This document shows positions 19,015 to 27,230 of a DNA stretch of 64,000 bases, piece by piece. The translations under genes were made by a program, and so were the position numbers. The DNA comes from a virus: positions 1-64,000 of IMG/VR virus record IMGVR_UViG_3300031707_002920. One strand, written 5' to 3'. The notes beneath the pieces were generated by a model that worked only from the letters and a program-made list of their open reading frames with translations, did no database searches and was not told the DNA's origin. Positions within the stretch are counted from its first letter, which is position 1, and every line of letters begins with the position of its first letter.

Positions 19015-19428
19015 ATGAATTATGATGACGAGTACGAGAGAGAAGTTGAAGAAATGGCGATTTTATTAAGAGAGAGATTTTGGGCAAGAATTCGTTCTGG
19101 TTTGTACAAACAAATTTGCAAAGGTAAAGGCGGTTTTTATCAATGGTCATATATAACGGGTATAAAATCAAAAGATTCTAAAGGTAATAAAATTCGTTTA
19201 TCAAAAGACAATATTGGTATTTTAGAGAAGACCGTCGACTATCTTAACTCTACTGAAGGTAGAGACGAATTAATGCAAATTGGACTATTAAATTCACCTG
19301 AAAATATAGACGAATTAATAGAAAATATACAAAGATCAAAAACAAAAGATGAAGTAAAAAAAGAAGAATTTCGAGCATTTTTAAAATATAAAGATAAAAT
19401 ATTGTCTTATTTAACAAAATTTTTATGA
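19015..19428 (+). CDS. Hypothetical protein
   Basis: ORF track. Confidence 0.55.
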   Translation: MNYDDEYEREVEEMAILLRERFWARIRSGLYKQICKGKGGFYQWSYITGIKSKDSKGNKIRLSKDNIGILEKTVDYLNSTEGRDELMQIGLLNSPENIDELIENIQRSKTKDEVKKEEFRAFLKYKDKILSYLTKFL

Positions 19429-19990
19429 AAAAAAATGAACTTATTCGCGTAGTAATTTGTTGGAAGTCGCATGCTTTATATGATATAGCGAGACAGACTA
19501 CATTCATTAGTAAAGAACATTTTTTGAAAAATAAAATCGTGCCCATCAAGCTTCGTAAAGATCAAGAAGTCGAGAGTATATCTTTAGAATTAATAAATTT
19601 GAAATTAAAGGCTAAACGTGAAAAAAGTTGATCGTGTTATTTCTGAAGGTTTAAAATCAGGTTATACGTTACGCCTCTTATTTGTTAGATTTCTTAAGGG
19701 TATTGGGAAATGGATTTTATTTCCGATAGGAGCGATAATTTTGTTTCTTATTGCAATGGTCATTGCAATTTTACTAAAACGAAAAGATTAAAAATGGAAG
19801 AACGAACAGTTGTTCAAATAACAGTCGATAATAATGACAGCATTAGGACTAGCATCGATTTAACGGATCTCGAAGAAAATGCCGTTCGATATATTCATTC
19901 AATTCTTGACGAGATGCGTTGTCAAGCTTTAGCTGCGCTTGCCAATTTTAAAGAACAGCGAGAAGATCACTTATTACCACCGGATGAATT

Positions 19991-20533
19991 ATGATAATTA
20001 GACCACCGATATATGAAGATATTTATGACGATGATTTTGTCATTTTTCTGGCCGGACCAATAATAGGAACGTATGATTGGCAACAGCAAGCTATTGCGAA
20101 TTTGCAATCATTGGCGGTCGTTCATAGAATAAATAATTTGCATATAGCATCACCTAGAAGGCTTGACAAGAGATCTGACAGCGATTTTTCTAAGAGCATG
20201 TTCGATGAGCAAGTAGATTGGGAAACTTTTTATTTGAATAGAGCTGCTGCTAAGCGAGGCGTAATATTATTTTGGCTAGCGAAAGAAATTGAGCATGACT
20301 GTCATCGCGTATTTGCACAAACTACAAGATTTGAATTAGGCGAATGGAAGACTAAACACGAGCATAATCCAAAAATACATATTACAATTGGTGTTGAACC
20401 TGGATTTACAGGTTATCTTTATATGAATCGTCGTATCCAGCAAGACTGTAAAGACATTGAAATTATGTATTCATTGGAAGATGAATGTGAATTTATAATG
20501 TTATTGATCGACCAATATCACAGGGCTAAATAG
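19991..20533 (+). CDS. Nucleoside 2-deoxyribosyltransferase-like protein
   Basis: IFLAGPI...DWQ...SPRR...QVDWE...ILFWL...TRFELG. Confidence 0.8.
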   Translation: MIIRPPIYEDIYDDDFVIFLAGPIIGTYDWQQQAIANLQSLAVVHRINNLHIASPRRLDKRSDSDFSKSMFDEQVDWETFYLNRAAAKRGVILFWLAKEIEHDCHRVFAQTTRFELGEWKTKHEHNPKIHITIGVEPGFTGYLYMNRRIQQDCKDIEIMYSLEDECEFIMLLIDQYHRAK

Positions 20534-20728
20534 TTGATCAACTCGAATATTCGGCATTATAGTGGAGAAAAACTAAATTAGCTTATGAGTTTCTCTGGAA
20601 AGTATTTGTGATAAAGGCCTTGCCGACGAGTTAGTATCAACTGGGATTTCGTTGATTGAGCTTGGTTCTGTTATGGAAGTAATCAAAAAACGCCTAAATC
20701 GGAGTACCGACTTCACATAATTGTAGAC

Positions 20729-21025
20729 GTTGTAAGAAATGCGGTTGGCTCTGAAAATTATAGGCCGCCGCTAAACCAAAACAAGAAGTAGCCGTCATGT
20801 TGCGTGAACAATGTAAATTATGCTCCTATTTTCGTAAAGCAAATCCAACCTCGCATTTTCCTTACGAGCAGGCTGATTGGTGTTATAATTCTAATTGGAA
20901 CCCCACAGGGTATTATTCTAAAAATGATGGGGCTACAGTAAAATGTACATCATTTATTCCTAATACTTTGGTACAAAAAGTTGCGGCGGCTGGAAAGTAA
21001 GGAAGCCAACCGCACATCTTACAAC
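20729..21025 (+). mobile_element. Orphan integron-type cassette containing ORF 20797-21000
   Basis: 5' GTTGTAAGAAATGCGGTTGGCTCTGAAAATTATA and 3' GGAAAGTAAGGAAGCCAACCGCACATCTTACAAC match the cassette at 46564-47072. Confidence 0.8.
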
Positions 21026-21186
21026 AGTGCTATGCTAAAATACTTCAAGGTTGTTCGTCTTGAACGAGAGGTTGCCGCCTTAAAAGCGGAGTTGACTATG
21101 ATTCTTCTTTTATAATTTGATAATTTTATATTATTGTGAGCTTAATCTACGATATTTAACGTGATTATTAATTTAAAAGGATTATC

Positions 21187-21282
21187 ATGCATTTATTTAT
21201 ACGCACATCTACATGGCTTTATAATACTGCCAGTGATATGCGTTCAAATTTCTGTGCAACAATTAGAATGGAAATAACATAA
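21187..21282 (+). CDS. Leader peptide 2 (31 aa) of the tRNA operon 2 attenuator
   Basis: AAAGGA RBS; MHLFIRTSTWLYNTASDMRSNFCATIRMEIT*. Confidence 0.78.
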   Translation: MHLFIRTSTWLYNTASDMRSNFCATIRMEIT

Positions 21283-21284
21283 TT

Positions 21285-21344
21285 GGCGAGGCTTAAAATA
21301 ATATTAAAAAAGCCTCGCTGATCAAAAGTCAACGAGGCTTTTTT
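21285..21344 (+). terminator. Attenuator 2: antiterminator plus intrinsic terminator
   Basis: GGCGAGGCTT (21285-21294) complements AAGCCTCGCT of terminator AAAAAAGCCTCGCTGA-loop-TCAACGAGGCTTTTTT. Confidence 0.85.
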
Positions 21345-21356
21345 AATGCCGAAATT

Positions 21357-21429
21357 GTTGACGTAGCTAAATTGGTATAGCGTTGCTCTCATGAAGCAAA
21401 GTGTAGTGGTTCGAGTCCACTCGTCAACA
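21357..21429 (+). tRNA. tRNA-Met/Ile2(CAT)
   Basis: TTGCT-CTCATGA-AGCAA. Confidence 0.88.
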
Positions 21430-21458
21430 TTAGTAATTTAAGTAGATTGGATAAATTT

Positions 21459-22052
21459 ATGATGGAGTCATTAGTATTAAATAGTTTTGCTATTCCAGTA
21501 TCTGTTATACCTATCAAGAGAGCTATCACGCTCGTCGCGACCAAAAAAGCAATTGCTCTTGCCAATTATGAAAATACTATAATACGGTCGTCGGGAATTG
21601 TCATACACGATTCGATACTCATGAGGTCTAAAAATTCTTTGATATCTATGGCTGTACCGTCTGTAATTCAGTGCGTACATTCCAACTACATGCCAAAAAA
21701 GTATGTCAATGTATTGCCGTTTAGCAGGCAGAATGTCTATATCAGAGACGGTGGATGTTGCATGTATTGCGGTAGAAAAGTTTCTATTTCTAATTTTACG
21801 TTCGATCACGTTATTCCACGGTGTGATGGTGGAAAAACTACTTGGGACAATATTGTTATCAGTTGTATGAAGTGCAATGCTCAAAAGGGTCGCAGGTCAG
21901 TTAATAATTACAAGAGAGCATTGATTCGCAAACCATTTGCTCCGAGATTAGATAAGGCAGCTCCGGCTCATTTGGTTAGTAAAATAGCTGCTGAAATTCC
22001 ACATAAGACGTGGATCGATTACATTTATTGGAACGTAATATTAGAGCCGTAG
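21459..22052 (+). CDS. HNH endonuclease
   Basis: FSRQNVYIRDGGCCMYCG...TFDHVIPR..GG.TTWDN...C..CN..KG. Confidence 0.92.
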   Translation: MMESLVLNSFAIPVSVIPIKRAITLVATKKAIALANYENTIIRSSGIVIHDSILMRSKNSLISMAVPSVIQCVHSNYMPKKYVNVLPFSRQNVYIRDGGCCMYCGRKVSISNFTFDHVIPRCDGGKTTWDNIVISCMKCNAQKGRRSVNNYKRALIRKPFAPRLDKAAPAHLVSKIAAEIPHKTWIDYIYWNVILEP

Positions 22053-22058
22053 GTCAAT

Positions 22059-22130
22059 GCTGGTATAGCTCAATCGTAGAGCAATGGTATTGTAAACCAT
22101 AGGTTGTGGGTTCAAGTCCTGCTACCAGCT
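22059..22130 (+). tRNA. tRNA-Thr(TGT)
   Basis: ATGGT-ATTGTAA-ACCAT. Confidence 0.9.
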
Positions 22131-22519
22131 TTTTAGCAATTGGGGCTTATATGAATACTACGATAGTAAATCGACAAGTCAAGCCTATTGATAGTATTAT
22201 ATTTTCGATTAAACCTGTAGCTGAAAGACGAAAGCTTGTATTTAGAAAAAAGAAGAAGATTACAGTAGTTGAAGACTATATACAGACTATTGAGAAACGA
22301 ATTGAATTAGTAAATAAAGATTTTTTGCAAAAGAAACTACTATATAAGTTTGCATTATGCGAATTTGACGGTCAATTTCTACTATATATGGTAATTAATA
22401 ATGATAAAGGTGACGTCGTCATGTGCTATACACGCGAAGTCACTCGCGATAATTTTAAAAAAATTTTAGACGAAATGTTTCTAGGCACGGGCTTTATGTT
22501 CGATAGTTAGACAATAAAT

Positions 22520-22596
22520 AGGCGTATCATCCAAACGGTTCAGGATACATGTCTGATAAGCATGAAATAGTAGTTCAATTCTACTTACGCCTACCA
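22520..22596 (+). tRNA. tRNA-Ile(GAT)
   Basis: CATGT-CTGATAA-GCATG; ends ACCA. Confidence 0.9.
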
Positions 22597-22830
22597 TTTT
22601 TTACAAAGGATCAACAATGGTTCGCATCTTGTGCGCTGTATGCTTATCGATGTCGTTTTTAAATTGCGCAGCTCATAAGTTGATCATTGATCCGGCAGAG
22701 TATAGCGTAGTAAAATTGTATATGATACCACATGCTATTATTATTAGAGTCGATACTATTAAAGTCGACAATTCAAAAATGTTGCAAATTAAATATTTTG
22801 GTAAAGAAAATAAATCAAGAGACTGATCGA

Positions 22831-22903
22831 GGGGCTATAGCTCAATTGGGAGAGCCGGTGCTTTGCAGGCACAAGGTTGGAGGTTCAAATCCTCTTAGCT
22901 CCA
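22831..22903 (+). tRNA. tRNA-Ala(TGC)
   Basis: GGGGCTA/TAGCTCC with G3-U70; loop TTTGCAG. Confidence 0.92.
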
Positions 22904-23716
22904 TAAATATAAACTACAAATTCAATTTCTGTTATCATTTATATACAACTATGTCTTATAGAAAAGCAATTAAATCAGTTTATAGGGCAAACTGTCTCTG
23001 CTAATGAAGTTGATGACATTAAAAATGTCGTTAGTAATTTGTTACGATCGGGTGTTGGTTTAAGTCGATAGCAGAAAATTCTATTCATACAAATATATAA
23101 CAACAATGCGTGTTCAGTGCCACTAGAATTTATTGAAAGCGATGCAGGTTGTTACAACTGCTTAAGGACTAACTTTTTCAGGAGTGTTTATGGCTACGAA
23201 GCACGTCTCTCGCTTACCTCTTTTAGGAAAGCCGCTGCCTGAGTTTGATTATCGAACCTCGCAATCTTCCATAATTGTTGTGGATGATCCTGGAGATAAA
23301 GATATGGTAATTGTTAAAAAAGGTGAAAAACCTGTTGGCAGATGTGCCTGCTTTAATAATGGATTCACCCGTGACGGATTACCACTTCCTTTAGAATAAA
23401 TGAATAGAGCCTAACACAAAGCAGATGTAAAGAAATTATGATAGTTAAACGTTACAACAAAACGAAAGGTGAATCATGCGAGCAAAGGTCATGCAGATTT
23501 AAATGTCGATGCAATTGAATTCGATAAAAATCCTGAAGATACAACGGAACTTTTACTTGCGAATTTATACACATTACTCTTAATGATGAATATTTTTGTA
23601 AAATATGACGATGTAAAATGTAAAGAAGAATATAAATTAGAAAATGGAACAACAATTAAATTTATTCGATAATCTTTGAGGTTTATAAAAGGCACTTTCA
23701 CTCTCAACAAACCCTT

Positions 23717-23791
23717 GCCCCAGTAGCTCAGCTTGGATAGAGCCACAGTTTTCTAAACTGTACGTCATCGGTTCGAGTCCGATCTGGGGTT
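23717..23791 (+). tRNA. tRNA-Arg(TCT)
   Basis: ACAGT-TTTCTAA-ACTGT. Confidence 0.92.
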
Positions 23792-24243
23792 TTTTATGAA
23801 AAAATACGGACGACAGAAACAACATCCAGGTAATTTACCTGACAATCATCCACCGAAAAGATTTCGAAATTGGTGGGAAATTGAATATCATAACGGTAAG
23901 TCAAAGAAGCGTGAATGCAGGCAAGCTGCCATTGATATCATCAAAGAACTAATTGAAAAATCCTCTCTTATTACGAACTTTGATAGTATTATTACTCTTT
24001 AATTATTTTTCGTATGTTTGATAAAATGAACAATTTATATGAAGAGGTAAAAAATTATGGACGAAATTAAAAGGACTCTCATAGAGAAAGCAAAAGAAGA
24101 ATATGGTCATATAAGACCAATTAGGGGTAAATTAGGACAACACATGTCTTTAAATGATTGTTTTACATTACATGATGGTAAACTATTGTTTTGGTTTAAT
24201 ACGTCAGATGATACTACTAGAATGTTAATTAAAGAGGTTGTAA

Positions 24244-24471
24244 ATGGAAGTAATTGATAAAATTAAACAAATAATAGCTGATCAATTATGTATAGAAGAA
24301 TCGTTTATATTAATGCGTTCAAAATTTGAAGACGATTTAGGATCGGATTCAGTAAGCTTAGTTGAAATAATAATTGCTGTAGAAGACGAATTTAATATTA
24401 GTATATCTGATGAAAGTCTTCAAAAGATGAAAACAGTTGAAGATTTAGTTAATCATGTTAAAAACATTTAA
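24244..24471 (+). CDS. acpP: Acyl carrier protein
   Basis: DDLGSDSVSLVEIIIAVEDEFNISISDE...TVEDLV. Confidence 0.9.
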   Translation: MEVIDKIKQIIADQLCIEESFILMRSKFEDDLGSDSVSLVEIIIAVEDEFNISISDESLQKMKTVEDLVNHVKNI

Positions 24472-24491
24472 CGTTCATCAGAGGTGTTATT

Positions 24492-24983
24492 ATGAAAATA
24501 TTGTTGTTTGTATTATTACTTTGTATAGGCAGTAACGCTAGTGCTAGCGTTAGTGCTATTAACGACACAGTCGATTCATTAAGAACGTATTCGGGCGCTA
24601 TTAAAAAAATTGAAAAATTTTATGCTAAGCAACAACTTGATTATTCTGGTAGAATTTTAACACATGTACTAATTCCTGTTTCAATGTTTCCATTTTTATG
24701 TATGCCAGATTCGATCACAAAAAATTTGCAACGCGGACAATTAGTATGGATGAATTCATTTGAATTAAATATGAGAAAACGAGTTGATAAATCAAATGAA
24801 TATTTGCAAATTGCAACTGTTAGTTATGTCGGGCTGCCTAATGGGCATCCTGATTTTAAAACATATAGATTATTCTTTTTCGTAAAAAATGTAGCGATGG
24901 GAGATTGGGAAGAAACAAGAGATCCATTAGTAGTAATACTTGATCTTACAAGTAAATTAGAAGTCACTTATGGTTGTCATTAA
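24492..24983 (+). CDS. Hypothetical secreted protein
   Basis: Signal-peptide-like MKILLFVLLLCIGSNASA. Confidence 0.6.
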   Translation: MKILLFVLLLCIGSNASASVSAINDTVDSLRTYSGAIKKIEKFYAKQQLDYSGRILTHVLIPVSMFPFLCMPDSITKNLQRGQLVWMNSFELNMRKRVDKSNEYLQIATVSYVGLPNGHPDFKTYRLFFFVKNVAMGDWEETRDPLVVILDLTSKLEVTYGCH

Positions 24984-25013
24984 TAATAATCTTATGATTT
25001 TTTAGACAAAAAT

Positions 25014-25716
25014 ATGAAACATCTAATGATAGTCCAAAAAGAATTCTTGAAATATGCGTCAGACGGTCGTTCTATTCCTGTGTCGCAACTTGGCATTCAT
25101 AGACCTGGATCATGGTGGGATGATTTATGATCCTGTGAGCGAGAAAACCCACGGTTTCAACCGTGGGATGAAAGCGAACCAGTACACATAAAAAATAAAT
25201 TACATTCTTTGTGAAAAATAATGTATATTTAAATCCAGACAGAGATTGTTCCTCAAAGCTGAAAATGCTGGTTGAACACTAAAAATCTCTATCTACTTTT
25301 CTCCTTGCTTCAGACCTAATAAATCTGATTCGGAGATCTCAAAGTTTTTAAAAGAACTCAGACTCGGGCTGGAGTCTGTTGAGCGACCCCCGCATCGCCG
25401 CAAGGCGGCAGCACGGGTGAGGGCTCATAGAAGCCCACGACTTTAGTCGTGGGAGCAGTCACCTTATAAAGAACAGATAGCATATCTTAGAAGACATCCA
25501 AAATCATTCTGGAAACGATATCTAAAAAAACCACCTAAAGAAGAAACTATTGAACTTTCTACTGAGCCTTTAATTCAACCTACAGACTATTATGGAGAAG
25601 ATTGGGACAGTCTAACACGAAAAGAACAACTACAGGAATTAGCTTATCATCAACGAAAACAACTTAAAAAACGACAAAACCTTCAACGGCAACTTATACT
25701 AAAGGGCATGATTTAA
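25014..25716 (+). pseudogene. MKH-leader family gene interrupted by IS605 derivative B
   Basis: Removing 25129-25462 restores a 122-aa ORF MKHLMIVQKEFLKYA...WWDDL|SYKEQIAYLRRHPKS. Confidence 0.88.
25129..25462 (+). mobile_element. ORF-less IS605-family derivative, copy B
   Basis: TTAT|GATCCTGTGAGCGAG left end, TCAC right end, same end hairpins as 14789-15143. Confidence 0.92.
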
Positions 25717-25890
25717 CTAAGAAATTAGGGTTAAAGTAATCTTAAGATTAACTTATAATTAATGGTTTTACTACGATATTTATAATGATTATTTATAATA
25801 GAAGTGGTGCTTAGAAGAAAATTTCAGAATTTACTTAATCTCAATTTTCTTCGAATTTCATCCTTCTTTTAAACTAAAAAAGGTTTTAAA

Positions 25891-25956
25891 ATGACGATTC
25901 GTAGGCAGCCGCAACAGCAACGTCGCCCTCAACCAGGACGGTGTATGCTCAAGTGA
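25891..25956 (+). CDS. Leader peptide 3 (21 aa, Arg/Gln/Pro-rich) of the tRNA operon 3 attenuator
   Basis: AAAGGT RBS; MTIRRQPQQQRRPQPGRCMLK*. Confidence 0.85.
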   Translation: MTIRRQPQQQRRPQPGRCMLK

Positions 25957-26016
25957 AGCTGTCGAATTAACGTTATATTTATTAAAGGCTTCACTTGAAA
26001 AAGTGGAGCCTTTTTT
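25951..26016 (+). terminator. Attenuator 3: antiterminator plus intrinsic terminator
   Basis: AAGTGAAGCT (contains the leader stop) complements GGCTTCACTT of terminator AAAGGCTTCACTT-GAAA-AAGTGGAGCCTTTTTT. Confidence 0.88.
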
Positions 26017-26032
26017 ATTGTTGAAATAAGCA

Positions 26033-26107
26033 CGGGACGTAATGCAGTGGGAGCATGCAACATTTGGGATGTTGTAGTCGTCGGTTCGAATCCGACCGTC
26101 CCGACCA
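26033..26107 (+). tRNA. tRNA-Pro(TGG)
   Basis: CAACA-TTTGGGA-TGTTG; ACCA. Confidence 0.92.
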
Positions 26108-26114
26108 ATTTTAT

Positions 26115-26189
26115 TGGAGTATAGCTCAATGATAGAGCACTGAGCTCTGGACTCAGATGTTTGAGGTTTAAATCCTCATACCCCAGCCA
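26115..26189 (+). tRNA. tRNA-Gln(CTG)
   Basis: CTGAG-CTCTGGA-CTCAG; GCCA. Confidence 0.88.
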
Positions 26190-26194
26190 AGTTT

Positions 26195-26267
26195 CGGGAT
26201 GTATTTCAAATGGTAGAATTTCTGATCCGGGATCAGAAGGTTAGCAGTTCAAGTCTGCTCATCCCGA
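26195..26267 (+). tRNA. tRNA-Pro(CGG)
   Basis: TCTGA-TCCGGGA-TCAGA (C33). Confidence 0.88.
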
Positions 26268-26291
26268 TTACATAAGTGTCTGATTGTAAAA

Positions 26292-26366
26292 CGGAGCGTG
26301 GCCCAGTCGGTTCAGGGCTCCTGAACGGGGTTCAGGAGATCGGCAGTTCGAATCTGCCCGCTCCGA
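26292..26366 (+). tRNA. tRNA-Pro(GGG)
   Basis: CCTGA-ACGGGGT-TCAGG (C33). Confidence 0.88.
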
Positions 26367-26371
26367 TTAAT

Positions 26372-26446
26372 GTTCCTATAGCTCAACTGGATTAGAGCAG
26401 TAGTTTCCGATACTACAGGTTAACCGTTCAAATCGGTTTAGGAACA
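26372..26446 (+). tRNA. tRNA-Arg(CCG)
   Basis: GTAGT-TTCCGAT-ACTAC. Confidence 0.9.
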
Positions 26447-26453
26447 ATAAATT

Positions 26454-26527
26454 AGGGGTGTAGCTCAGTTGGCTAGAGCAGCAGATTTTGATTCTGCGAG
26501 TCGTGGGTTCGAGTCCCTCCACCCCCA
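26454..26527 (+). tRNA. tRNA-Gln(TTG)
   Basis: GCAGA-TTTTGAT-TCTGC. Confidence 0.88.
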
Positions 26528-26534
26528 TTAACAT

Positions 26535-26608
26535 ATCTCTATAGCTCAATGGATTAGAGCAGCGATTTCCTACATCGCAGGTTGAGAGTTCAAATCTCTC
26601 TAGAGATA
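26535..26608 (+). tRNA. tRNA-Arg(CCT)
   Basis: GCGAT-TTCCTAC-ATCGC. Confidence 0.9.
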
Positions 26609-26623
26609 CTATTTCAATATGCT

Positions 26624-26684
26624 TGTTTCTTAATTCAACGGTAGAATGCAAGCTTTGAAACTTGACACAGAGGTTCGACACCTT
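26624..26684 (+). pseudogene. Degenerate tRNA (Gln-TTG-like) lacking the 3' acceptor strand
   Basis: ATTC-AACGGTA-GAAT D-arm, CAAG-CTTTGAAA-CTTG, GAGG-TTCGACA-CCTT. Confidence 0.5.
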
Positions 26685-26712
26685 TTGCTATTGCTATTTC
26701 TAGTAAAATGAT

Positions 26713-27036
26713 ATGAACAATGTAATTCAGAAAAACTTGTACAAAACTTGTACAAGATGTAAATTAACAAAACCTATTGAAGAGTTTTATAAACAGGTTC
26801 AAGGAATATATGGTTGCAAGAGTGAGTGTAAAGAGTGTTCAAAAAAATTAACAAGCGACGATTATCAAATACATAAAAAAGAAAGAAATGCTACAAAAAG
26901 AAAATGGTGCATAAGAAATAGGAAAAGATATAATGAAGTCCATTTAAAATGGGTACACGATAATAGAGAGCATTACAACGCTTATCATAGAGAGTATAAA
27001 CAAAGACAAGCTCGTTTATTTGTGCCTGTTTCCTAA
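26713..27036 (+). CDS. Zn-binding N-terminal module of an HNH-type homing endonuclease (catalytic domain absent)
   Basis: KTCTRCKLTKPIEEFY...CKEC. Confidence 0.65.
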   Translation: MNNVIQKNLYKTCTRCKLTKPIEEFYKQVQGIYGCKSECKECSKKLTSDDYQIHKKERNATKRKWCIRNRKRYNEVHLKWVHDNREHYNAYHREYKQRQARLFVPVS

Positions 27037-27094
27037 CAGGATAGGGGATCAGATTACGAATCTGATTGTGAGAGTTCGAATCTCTCCAGGCACA
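27022..27094 (+). tRNA. tRNA-Arg(ACG)
   Basis: TCAGA-TTACGAA-TCTGA. Confidence 0.9.
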
Positions 27095-27230
27095 CTTTTT
27101 TCTTCATAGTTAATCTCACCTGATTGGTAAATTAAATTTAAAATTTATCATAAGATCAAATTTGAAGAACTGATTAGTTCGTGAAAAATGTATAGAAATT
27201 TATAAATGTACTAAACTAAAAAGGATCTTT

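Noticed and set aside
25129-25462. IStron (group I intron-IS chimera)
   Set aside because: No group I core motifs like those at 13367-13580, and the element ends in C, not G.
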